From positions 1 to 64,000 of the forward strand of contig CAVXGR010000018.1 in the NCBI GenBank assembly GCA_963761335.1: DNA of 64,000 nt, given 5' to 3'. The position numbers and the translations under genes were made by a program. Within the stretch, counting starts at the first letter, position 1. Each line of letters opens with the position of its first letter. The DNA comes from an uncultured delta proteobacterium (lineage in GTDB: Bacteria; Desulfobacterota; Binatia; HRBIN30; BPIQ01). The notes under the pieces were generated by a model. That model ran no database searches. It saw only the letters and a list, made by a program, of their open reading frames with translations, and had not been told where the DNA came from. Below are positions 39,182 through 47,446 of this stretch, piece by piece.

Positions 39182-41233
39182 ATGAGAGCCTGGACCGTAG
39201 ATGCGGACGACATCCGCGTCGCCGAGGATTTCGATGATTCCCTGCTGCACCGCACTCCCGAGATCGACGACTTCCTCCGCGAGGATCGGGACGACAAGTT
39301 CGTCGTCATCGGCACCAAGGGCTTCGGCAAGACCCTGCTGCTGAAGGCGAAGCGCGTTCTCTACCAGCGCGAGGGCCGCGCCGTCTGCCTGCCGGACGGC
39401 AATCTCCTCGACAAGCCGATCGGCGACAAGATCTTCGGGCAGGAGGCGCTCCAGCTCTTCGCCTCTTCGCCGCTGTGGTGGTCGAAGGTGTGGCTCACCG
39501 CCATCGCCGTCGCCCTCCTCAAGCGGCTGGATCTGGCGGGCGGCCTCGGCGACGTCAGCCCCAAGCTCAAGGCGCTGATCGCCGACGATCATCTGCTGGG
39601 CGTGATCGACCACTTCGTTCGCCTTCTCGACTTCACTCCGGGCGATCTGCAGCGCTGCGCCACCGACACCGACGGGCACCTGGTACCGCGCCTGCGCGCC
39701 GTGAGCCGGCCGGTCGCGGTGTTCCTCGACGGCATCGACGAGTACTTCAACAAGCACATCGAAAGCCTCGGCAGCCGGGCGAGCGCCGTCGGGCAGCTTT
39801 CGCCCGAGATCTGGTACTACTCGCAGCTCGGCCTGGTGGAGATCGGCTACCAGCTCCGGCGCATCAACCACCACATCAAGATCTTCGCGGCGGTGCGCAA
39901 GGAGGCCTATGCCCGCCTGCGGCAGAGCACCGCCATGTGGCTCCAGTACCGCGGCAGCGCCGTGGACGTGGCCTACTCGATCGACGCGCTGCGCGAGATC
40001 TTCATCAACAACATCCGGCGCGAATCGGCGCAGCGGCTGGTGCGGCCCGATCGCCTGAAGGCGAACCCGATCGAGGCCTTCCTCGGCGCCGCGCGGGTCA
40101 CCCACACCTACACGCGCGAAGGCGAGGACGCCTTCGAGTACCTCTGCCGGCACACGCTCCTGCGGCCGCGCGATCTGATGACCATCGGCCAGCGCCTCTC
40201 GTCGGTGCCGCCGGCGGAGCGACTCGCCGAGGAGCGCCTCAAGCAGGTCGTCAACGAGACCTCGAACGAGATTGCGCACGAGTACCTCCGCGAGATCGCG
40301 CCCTACCTGGGCGCCCTCGACGTCGAGGGCATGCTGCGCCGCTTGCCGGGTCGAACCCTCACCTGCAACGAGGTCGAGGACCTCTTCGTCGAGCACAATG
40401 CGCACTCCGCCCCGGGCGACGAGCAGCACGTCTTCTGCGCCCTCTACAAGACCGGCCTCCTCGGCTACGTGCAGCACGACCGGGTCCGCGGCCAGAAGGT
40501 GCAGCGCTTCCTCCGCCCGGGCGAGGGCACCTTCGAGCCGGACGGGGTGCTGCCGCGCTCGACGCACTACGTCGTGCACCCGGTCCTCTCGGAGCTGATC
40601 ACGCGGCTCAACCCGCGCTATCTCGAGCGCGACGACCGCCTGAACGTGGTCGGCTACGATCGGCCCTGGCGGGACGCCGGCGAGCCGCAGGACGACGCCG
40701 AGATCGAGCCCCTGTGTGTGCTCAAGGGCGATATCGATGGATTCGGCGAGATGATGCGGCTCGGCACCGATGGCCCGGTACACGACGGCCTCGAGCGCAT
40801 CGTCGAGGAGACGGCGGCTCGCGCCCTCTACCGCGAGGTCCGCGGCGGCGACTCCGTGGTCGTGGTCCACGACGACCCCGTGGCGCTCACCCGCATGGCG
40901 GGACGGATCATCGACGAGGTCTACAGCATCGAGGGCCAGCCGCGGCTGCGCATCGCCCTGCACTGCGGCGAGGTGCGCATCCGCCGCCGCGGGGACAAGG
41001 CGCCGCTGGTCGAGGGCGGCGAGGCGCTGCTCTGGGCGGCGCGCGTCGAGATCTGCGTCGAGCCGGGAGAGATCTGGGCCACCGAGCAGTTTCGCGACGA
41101 GCTGCTGAAGAAGCCGTCGCTCTTCCGCACCACGCCGATCCCCGGCCCCGACGGCGCCGAACGCTTCAACGTGCGCAAGGAGAGCTCGCGCGAGCCGGAC
41201 ATGTGGGTGCGGTTGTATCGGGTGGGCTTCTGA
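39182..41233 (+). CDS. P-loop ATPase (Sll1717/ORC-CDC6-like) fused to a C-terminal class III nucleotidyl cyclase-like domain
   Basis: Walker A GTKGFGKT, Walker B VAVFLDGIDE, RHTLLRPRDL, LYKTGLLG, VHPVL; tail KGDIDGF, GGDS, RIALHCG, AARVE, GEIWATE. Confidence 0.75.
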   Translation: MRAWTVDADDIRVAEDFDDSLLHRTPEIDDFLREDRDDKFVVIGTKGFGKTLLLKAKRVLYQREGRAVCLPDGNLLDKPIGDKIFGQEALQLFASSPLWWSKVWLTAIAVALLKRLDLAGGLGDVSPKLKALIADDHLLGVIDHFVRLLDFTPGDLQRCATDTDGHLVPRLRAVSRPVAVFLDGIDEYFNKHIESLGSRASAVGQLSPEIWYYSQLGLVEIGYQLRRINHHIKIFAAVRKEAYARLRQSTAMWLQYRGSAVDVAYSIDALREIFINNIRRESAQRLVRPDRLKANPIEAFLGAARVTHTYTREGEDAFEYLCRHTLLRPRDLMTIGQRLSSVPPAERLAEERLKQVVNETSNEIAHEYLREIAPYLGALDVEGMLRRLPGRTLTCNEVEDLFVEHNAHSAPGDEQHVFCALYKTGLLGYVQHDRVRGQKVQRFLRPGEGTFEPDGVLPRSTHYVVHPVLSELITRLNPRYLERDDRLNVVGYDRPWRDAGEPQDDAEIEPLCVLKGDIDGFGEMMRLGTDGPVHDGLERIVEETAARALYREVRGGDSVVVVHDDPVALTRMAGRIIDEVYSIEGQPRLRIALHCGEVRIRRRGDKAPLVEGGEALLWAARVEICVEPGEIWATEQFRDELLKKPSLFRTTPIPGPDGAERFNVRKESSREPDMWVRLYRVGF

Positions 41234-41234
41234 G

Positions 41235-41436
41235 CGGGGATGAGGAGAATGCAAAAGAGAATGAAAAATGGATAACCGGTGACCGGTGATGGAGAACTGG
41301 CAAACGATTGGAAAGCCGGGGGCGAGCTCCCGATGATCCTTCGAATCATTCACCGGTTCTTCATCACCGGTCACCGGTTCTTCATTCTACATTCTCCCTG
41401 AACGCTCCTTACTCCAACGCCTCGACACCCAGCAGC
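41235..41436. repeat. Composite inverted-repeat element (families D+C) between convergent genes
   Basis: Arms gagaatgaaaaatggataaccggtgaccggtgatggagaactgg and ccggttcttcatcaccggtcaccggttcttcattctacattctc, followed by a ctccaac..acacc unit. Confidence 0.75.
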
Positions 41437-41442
41437 TCGTTA

Positions 41443-44400
41443 TCAGCGGCAGCGCAACACGCGTCCGCTCGGGGAGAGATCGCAAGCGATCGGAGGCGCC
41501 CCGAGAAAGCATGCATCGCCGATGCGCAGGAGCATCTGCATCGCCCGCGGCGGCGCGCCGACGGACATCGCCTCTCCCTTGGCCAGCACTTTCCAGATGC
41601 CGGCGCGCGTCTGCCGAAATCGCACCTTGGTGAGGCCTTCTGCTTCCCCAGCGGAACCTCTCAGAAGGTAGCTGGTGCCGCGGCGGTTCGGCGAGAACAG
41701 CTCGGCGCGCGCCTGTGAGCTGGCAAAGGGGCCGGCGTCGCCTGCGAGGACGATGGTGACGTCGCCGCTCTGCTGGAGAGCGGCGGCGGCCGATGCATCG
41801 AGGACGCCCTTCAAGGTCAGCCGCGTGCCCTTCGGGGTGCCGTAGCGCACGACCACGCTGTCGACGCTGAAGGCGCCGTTCGATCCCGGGCACGGATCGA
41901 CGCTATCGTCGCAGGCGTCTCCCGCGCCGTCGCCGTCGGTATCCCGCTGGTTGGCATTGGCGGTTGCCGGGCAGTTGTCGCAGGGGTCGCCGACCGCATC
42001 CGCGTCGGTGTCGCTCTGATCGGCGTTGGCGACCGCGGGGCAGTTGTCGAGGTTGCCGCAGAGGCCGTCGGCGTCGGCATCGTTGGCGGCGTCGAGCGGA
42101 CACCCGTCGCACGCATCGCCGAGCGCGTCGCCGTCCTGATCTTGCTGGCCCGCATTGGCGAGCCCTGTGCAGTTGTCACACGCATCGTCGACGCCGTCGC
42201 CGTCTCCGTCTCCGTCTCCCTGCGGGGGCACCGCCGTCAACGGGCAGACGTCGCACACGTCTCCGACTCCGTCGCCGTCCTGATCCCGCTGGTCCGCGTT
42301 GGGCACCGTCGGGCAGTTGTCCAGCGGCTCGGGGGAGTCTGCGACTCCGTCGCCGTCGAGATCCCGCTGCACGCCGATGACGACGTCCTCGGAATCGCTT
42401 TCCTGACCGTCGGTGACGGCGAAGCGCACCGTGTGGTAACCCGACTGCTCCGCTGTCGGGCTCCACGAGAAGACGCGGCGCAGGCTGTCGAAGCTGGCGC
42501 CGGCCGGCAGAGAGCTGGCGCCGTAGGTGAGGAAGTCGTGGTTCACGTCGGTAGCGGACACGGTGAAGGTCAGGATCTGGCCAGCGGCGACCGCCTTCGG
42601 CCCGATGGTTCCCAAGCTCGGCGGATAGTTGGTGCCGCTGATGTCGAGTCGCTCCTCCCAGACGGTCAGGTCCGTCGACCAGTCCCAGGCCTTTTCGTCG
42701 AAGGTCGAGATCACCATGGCGATGTCGGGGCGGCCGTCGGCATCCAGGTCGCCGATCGATTCGACGATGGCGCGCAAGCGGTTCTCGCCTTGGGGCATCC
42801 TCCAGATCGGAATCATCAGGCCGGGCACGAAGGGGAAGGTGTTGTGGGCGTAGATGATCGCCGCCTCGACGTCGCTGGATCCCCCGAAGAGAACCGCCGG
42901 TCGGTCGGCGGGCAGAGCGTTCAGCTGCCCGGTGAGGGAAGAGTTGATCTCGCGGCTCAAGCCGAAGTTGCACGTGATCGTGCCCAGGTTGCTCCACACC
43001 GGCTCGTAGGCGTCGTCCCCGGTGGCGCGGAAGACGGCGACGTTGCCGGCGGGGCAGGGCTCGCAGGTCCCCGGAGAGTAGTCGGCGGCGCTGCCGAGGC
43101 CGATGCAGGCGCAGGCGCACCCGTAGGATCCCGCTGCCACCACCTCGTTGACGCCGTCACCGTCGATGTCGACGACCAGGGGGAAGTCGGAGTCCACGAT
43201 CGAGCTGTCGCGCACCTGCTGGCTGGAGAAGGTGAAGCCGTCGAAGACGCTCTCCAAGCCGAAGCCCGACTTGCGATCGTAGCCGCCCGTGAGCTCGTTG
43301 TACTCGAAGCGGATCGATGGGAAGCTGATCGTGTTCGCCGGATAGTTCTCGCGCGCCTTCGGGATCAGCTCGAGGCGGCCGTCGTTGTCGCTGTCGGCGA
43401 CGGTCCAGAGCGAGCCCGTGCCGTAGATACCGTCCAGGAGCTCGTGGTCGCCGAGGTAGGACCAGATCTTCTGGTAGGTCGTCTCTCCAGCGGCCCCGTC
43501 GTGCTCCCAGATCTCGATGTGGGTATCGTACGTCGTGCGGTACCAGAAGATGATCTCCGGTTGGCCGTTCTGATTGGTGTCGGCAACCAGCACCTGCTTC
43601 GGCGCCGGGACCTGGATGGCGATGCCTCCACCCGGCAGGGGGATCTGGCCGAGCACCGAGGGGAGGGAGATCGAGTTGCTCTGCAAGGCGTACTGGTTGT
43701 CGCCGGTGGACTTGAAGATTCGGGGCCCCATGGTCGGGGCGGCACCGTAGTGCTGTTGGCCGAAGGCGATGATCTCGTTGTGGCCGTCGGCGTCACTGTC
43801 GGCGATGGCCAGGGCGCGGAAGCCGGAGGTCGTCGTGTCGGCGTAGCTCCAGACGATGTCGTACTGGTCGTCTGCGGTGCTCTTCAGCAGGTAGAGATCC
43901 GCCTCCGAGGCCCGCTGCACCGAGACCAGCAGCTCGTCCCGTCCGTCGCCGTCGGCGTCGCCGCCGGTGACGCCGATGATCCCCACGTACGAGCCGGGAG
44001 TGGCCGTGCTCCCCGGAGGGAGAGGAAAGTCGTTCTCGCCCATGCGCCACACCTGATGCAGATCGATCGCGGGGTGTGCCCCTTCCTCGAACTCGACGCT
44101 CGCCAGGCCCGGGGCGCTGGCCACGACGCGGTGCAACACTCCCGCGGTGCGCGGCGCCACCGCCCCGAGGGTCAGCTCGGCGGTGGCGACGCCGTCCGGA
44201 TCGGTGAAGGCCGTCGCCGGCGTGGTGTAGGCGCCGGGGCCGCCCTCGGCGATGTCGAAGGCGACCGGAACGCCCGAGACGCCGATTCCGGCGGCATCCT
44301 TGACGACGACGCTCAGCGGGTCGGGCAAGCTCTCGCCTCCAGGTCCCACCTGTCGGTCGCCCTGCCCGATCTCCAGCGTCGCAGGCGTCAACGCCGTCGT

Positions 44401-46137
44401 CGTCGCCGACACCACGTTGGAGATCGGCGAGTAGTTGCCGGCGTCGTCCATCACCCGCAGGGCGAAGAAGTATTCCGTGCCCTGATCGAGCCGATCGACG
44501 GTAAAGGTCTCTGCGGCCCCCGCCGTTGCCGGCAGCGGCTCCCCGTGGAGACGGAGAGCCGCATCCCAGCTCTCCTCGGTCAGCGGCGCCGTGTCGTAAC
44601 GCAGGTCGTACAGTGCCGCTCGTCCGCTGGTGCCGTCATCTCCGGTTGCCGTCCAGGTCAGGACGACCTGGCGATGGGTCACGTTCGCGGTCTCGAGGTC
44701 AGCGATCGCCAGCGGCGCCGCGCTGTCCGATCCGATTCCCAGCCCCGCGAGCGCATTGGCGGCGTTCAGCCGCCCCCCGGTGACGGCGCGGCCGGTCATC
44801 GCCGGGATGGGATCGGCGCCGGCGAAGATCCGGGCGCGGACCTCCTCGTAGGTCAACGAGGGAGCCCGGGCCCACACGAGCGCGGCGACTCCGGCGACGT
44901 GAGGTGTGGCCATCGAGGTTCCCGACAGCTTGGCGTAGTTGCGGCTGTATCCCTCGCCGTTCAGGTACACCTGATAGGTCGGCATGGTGGAGAGGACGCT
45001 CACGCCCGGAGCCGCGAGATCGACGGACACGGCGCCGTAGTTGGAGAAGCTCGCCAGGGCGTCGGCCGAGTCGGTGGCGGCGACGGAGATGACGTTGTCG
45101 AGGTCGTAGCTCGAGGGATAGTGCCCGAAGGTGTCGGTGCTGCCCCCGTCGTTGCCGGCGGCGGCGACGAAGAGCTGATCGGCGTCGCGCGCCGCCGCGA
45201 TGGCATCGTACAGGGCGTGCGAGAACCCGCCGCCGCCCCAGCTGTTGCTGCTCAGGTGTGCGCCCATGAGCACGGCATAGTTCAGAGCGCGCACGGCGTC
45301 GCTGGTGGTGCCGCCGCCCTCGGCACTCAGGAAACGGAGAGCCATGATCTTCACGTGCCAGTTGACCCCGGTGACGCCGACGCCGTTGTTGCCGACGGCG
45401 CCGATGGTGCCGGAGACGTGCGTCCCGTGTCCGTTCGCGTCGTTCGGATTGCCGTCGTCGTTGTAGAAGTCGTAGCCGTGTACGTCGTCGACGAAGCCGT
45501 TGCCGTCGTCGTCGATGTTGTTGCCGGGGATCTCTCCGGGATTGACCCAGACGTTGGCGGCGAGGTCCGGGTGATCGGCGTCGATGCCGGTGTCGATGAC
45601 GGCGACGACCACCTGGTCGCTGCCGCGCTCCACGTCCCAGGCGTGCGGCGCCTCGATCTTCTTCACGCCCCAGAGGCCCGAGTACTTCGGATCGGCCGGC
45701 GTGGTGTCGAGGACGTGCACGTCGTAGTCGGGCTCGGCATACTCGACGTCCGGATCGGCTGCGTACTGGGCCACCGTCTCCTCGACCGTCTTGCCCTCCG
45801 GAACCTCGGCGACCTGGAGCCGATCGAGCCCCGCCTTGCGGGCCCTGGCTCCGAGCTCCTTGCTGCGCAGGAGGGCACGAGCCCGGTTGCTGCGGCCCGC
45901 GATGCCCTGTCGCGCTGCGACCCGCGCGTGCACGGTGGCCGCGTCGGCGCCCGGCCGCAGCTTCACGATCACGCCGGCAGGCCGGTTGTGCTTGGCGACC
46001 TTGGACGGCTGCCGGCGCCGGAACAAAGCGTCCGCCGGCTGGGCCAGTCCGGCGATCAGGACCGCGCCTGCGAGAAGGAAGACGCGGCAATGCCCGCCAA
46101 CCCGGATCCTCTGGGCAAAACGGAGAAACACCGGCAC
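41443..46137 (-). CDS. Large secreted S8 (subtilase) serine protease with FN3, Ig-like, FG-GAP-like and thrombospondin type-3 repeats
   Basis: Signal peptide; triad VIDTG, GHGTHVSG, GTSMATPHV; WTATGDDG FN3; DxDGDG repeats; DNCP...NADQ.D.DGDG.GD.CD repeats. Start uncertain. Confidence 0.92.
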   Translation of the reverse strand: MPVFLRFAQRIRVGGHCRVFLLAGAVLIAGLAQPADALFRRRQPSKVAKHNRPAGVIVKLRPGADAATVHARVAARQGIAGRSNRARALLRSKELGARARKAGLDRLQVAEVPEGKTVEETVAQYAADPDVEYAEPDYDVHVLDTTPADPKYSGLWGVKKIEAPHAWDVERGSDQVVVAVIDTGIDADHPDLAANVWVNPGEIPGNNIDDDGNGFVDDVHGYDFYNDDGNPNDANGHGTHVSGTIGAVGNNGVGVTGVNWHVKIMALRFLSAEGGGTTSDAVRALNYAVLMGAHLSSNSWGGGGFSHALYDAIAAARDADQLFVAAAGNDGGSTDTFGHYPSSYDLDNVISVAATDSADALASFSNYGAVSVDLAAPGVSVLSTMPTYQVYLNGEGYSRNYAKLSGTSMATPHVAGVAALVWARAPSLTYEEVRARIFAGADPIPAMTGRAVTGGRLNAANALAGLGIGSDSAAPLAIADLETANVTHRQVVLTWTATGDDGTSGRAALYDLRYDTAPLTEESWDAALRLHGEPLPATAGAAETFTVDRLDQGTEYFFALRVMDDAGNYSPISNVVSATTTALTPATLEIGQGDRQVGPGGESLPDPLSVVVKDAAGIGVSGVPVAFDIAEGGPGAYTTPATAFTDPDGVATAELTLGAVAPRTAGVLHRVVASAPGLASVEFEEGAHPAIDLHQVWRMGENDFPLPPGSTATPGSYVGIIGVTGGDADGDGRDELLVSVQRASEADLYLLKSTADDQYDIVWSYADTTTSGFRALAIADSDADGHNEIIAFGQQHYGAAPTMGPRIFKSTGDNQYALQSNSISLPSVLGQIPLPGGGIAIQVPAPKQVLVADTNQNGQPEIIFWYRTTYDTHIEIWEHDGAAGETTYQKIWSYLGDHELLDGIYGTGSLWTVADSDNDGRLELIPKARENYPANTISFPSIRFEYNELTGGYDRKSGFGLESVFDGFTFSSQQVRDSSIVDSDFPLVVDIDGDGVNEVVAAGSYGCACACIGLGSAADYSPGTCEPCPAGNVAVFRATGDDAYEPVWSNLGTITCNFGLSREINSSLTGQLNALPADRPAVLFGGSSDVEAAIIYAHNTFPFVPGLMIPIWRMPQGENRLRAIVESIGDLDADGRPDIAMVISTFDEKAWDWSTDLTVWEERLDISGTNYPPSLGTIGPKAVAAGQILTFTVSATDVNHDFLTYGASSLPAGASFDSLRRVFSWSPTAEQSGYHTVRFAVTDGQESDSEDVVIGVQRDLDGDGVADSPEPLDNCPTVPNADQRDQDGDGVGDVCDVCPLTAVPPQGDGDGDGDGVDDACDNCTGLANAGQQDQDGDALGDACDGCPLDAANDADADGLCGNLDNCPAVANADQSDTDADAVGDPCDNCPATANANQRDTDGDGAGDACDDSVDPCPGSNGAFSVDSVVVRYGTPKGTRLTLKGVLDASAAAALQQSGDVTIVLAGDAGPFASSQARAELFSPNRRGTSYLLRGSAGEAEGLTKVRFRQTRAGIWKVLAKGEAMSVGAPPRAMQMLLRIGDACFLGAPPIACDLSPSGRVLRCR

Positions 46138-46327
46138 AAGCCCCCTCTTTCTACGCCGCTCCCACGGGAACGGTTTCGTTTGCTGCCGATATCAGCTCCA
46201 TACGGCCGGGGCGGCACGCGTGTCAAGAAAAACAGACGGCACGCGGCAAGACCCGGTGGGAGCCTTGCCCTCCCGACACCCGACACCTCAACCGCTCTGC
46301 ATCGTCGGGGCTTCTGGGCGGGGATGA

Positions 46328-46378
46328 AGAGAATGTAAAATGGAGAACCGGTGACCGGTTCTCCATTTTACATTCTCT
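46328..46378. repeat. Perfect 25-bp inverted repeat with 1-nt spacer (family D)
   Basis: AGAGAATGTAAAATGGAGAACCGGT-G-ACCGGTTCTCCATTTTACATTCTCT. Confidence 0.9.
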
Positions 46379-46429
46379 CTGAACGATGCGGCTCCAATAC
46401 CCAACACCTCAACAGCCCATACCCGCCCT

Positions 46430-47446
46430 TCAGCTCTGCATCGTCACCTTGATCGATCCCCGCCTCTTGTCCGCGGCGGCGGCGAAGGCTTCGTCGATCT
46501 GGTCGAGGGGGAATCGATGAGTGATCAGCGGCGCCACCAGCTGGCGATTCTTGTCGAGGAGGTCGATGGCGACCTCGAAATCGGAGGTGGCGCCGGCGCG
46601 GCCGTAGGTGAGGGAGCCGATGAGGCGCGCCTCCTTCAGCACCAGGAGGAGCGGGTTGATCGACACTGCGCCGGTGAAGACCCCGAGAACCGAGACGACG
46701 CCGCCGGAGCGCACGTAGTAGAGCGCCTGGCTCAGAGTGTCGGCGCTGCCGCCGACGGTCTCGATCACCACGTCGATGGGGTGATCGCTGCCGTAGGCGG
46801 AGAGCTCTCCGTCGCGATCGTCCCCGAACGGGCGGGCGCCCAGGCGGGCGGCGGCTTCCTTCTGGTGCGCGTGGCGGGCGGTGATCAGCACCTCGCCGGC
46901 GCCGGCGGCGCGCGCCACCAACGCTGCCAGCAGGCCGATGCTGCCGCCGCCGAGCACGAGGACGCGCTGGCCGAGCCGCACGCCGGCGAGGCGGACGGCG
47001 TGCACGCACACGGCCGCGGGCTCGCTCAGCGCCCCGACCGCCCACGGCAAGCCCGCCGGGAGCGGAAAGGCAGCGGATGCCGGCACCCGCACGTAGTCGG
47101 CAAAGCCGCCGTCCGCCTGCGTGCCGAGGACGCGAAACTCGCGACAGATCTGATAATCGCCGCGGCGGCACGCCGGGCAGTGCCCACAGGTGATCAGCGG
47201 CTCGACGGCGATCCGGTCGCCGGGGTGCAGGTGCGCGACGCCGCTGCCGACCTCGGCAATCTCGCCGCTGATCTCGTGGCCGGGGCAGACCGCCGGCACG
47301 GGGAAGCCGCCGTGGTAGTAGTGCAGGTCGCTGCCGCAGATGCCGCAGTTGTGCACGCGCACCAGCACCTCGCCGGCGCCTGGTTGCGGCTGCGGCACCT
47401 CGCGCAGCTCGAATCGCCCCGGCTCGAGACAGCGTGCGGCGCGCAT
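46430..47446 (-). CDS. Zinc-dependent alcohol/threonine/sugar dehydrogenase (MDR family)
   Basis: CGICGSDLH, GHEISG, CGHCPACRRGDYQIC, GGGSIG, LITHRFPL; TGATG overlap with the upstream gene. Confidence 0.92.
   Translation of the reverse strand: MRAARCLEPGRFELREVPQPQPGAGEVLVRVHNCGICGSDLHYYHGGFPVPAVCPGHEISGEIAEVGSGVAHLHPGDRIAVEPLITCGHCPACRRGDYQICREFRVLGTQADGGFADYVRVPASAAFPLPAGLPWAVGALSEPAAVCVHAVRLAGVRLGQRVLVLGGGSIGLLAALVARAAGAGEVLITARHAHQKEAAARLGARPFGDDRDGELSAYGSDHPIDVVIETVGGSADTLSQALYYVRSGGVVSVLGVFTGAVSINPLLLVLKEARLIGSLTYGRAGATSDFEVAIDLLDKNRQLVAPLITHRFPLDQIDEAFAAAADKRRGSIKVTMQS

Noticed and set aside
36956..41374. 1472-aa minus-strand ORF, and similar long ORFs at 42142-46338, 34236-36953, 55085-57667 and 48912-50882
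   Set aside because: Antisense shadows of motif-bearing genes; long open antisense frames are expected at this GC content and show no family motifs.
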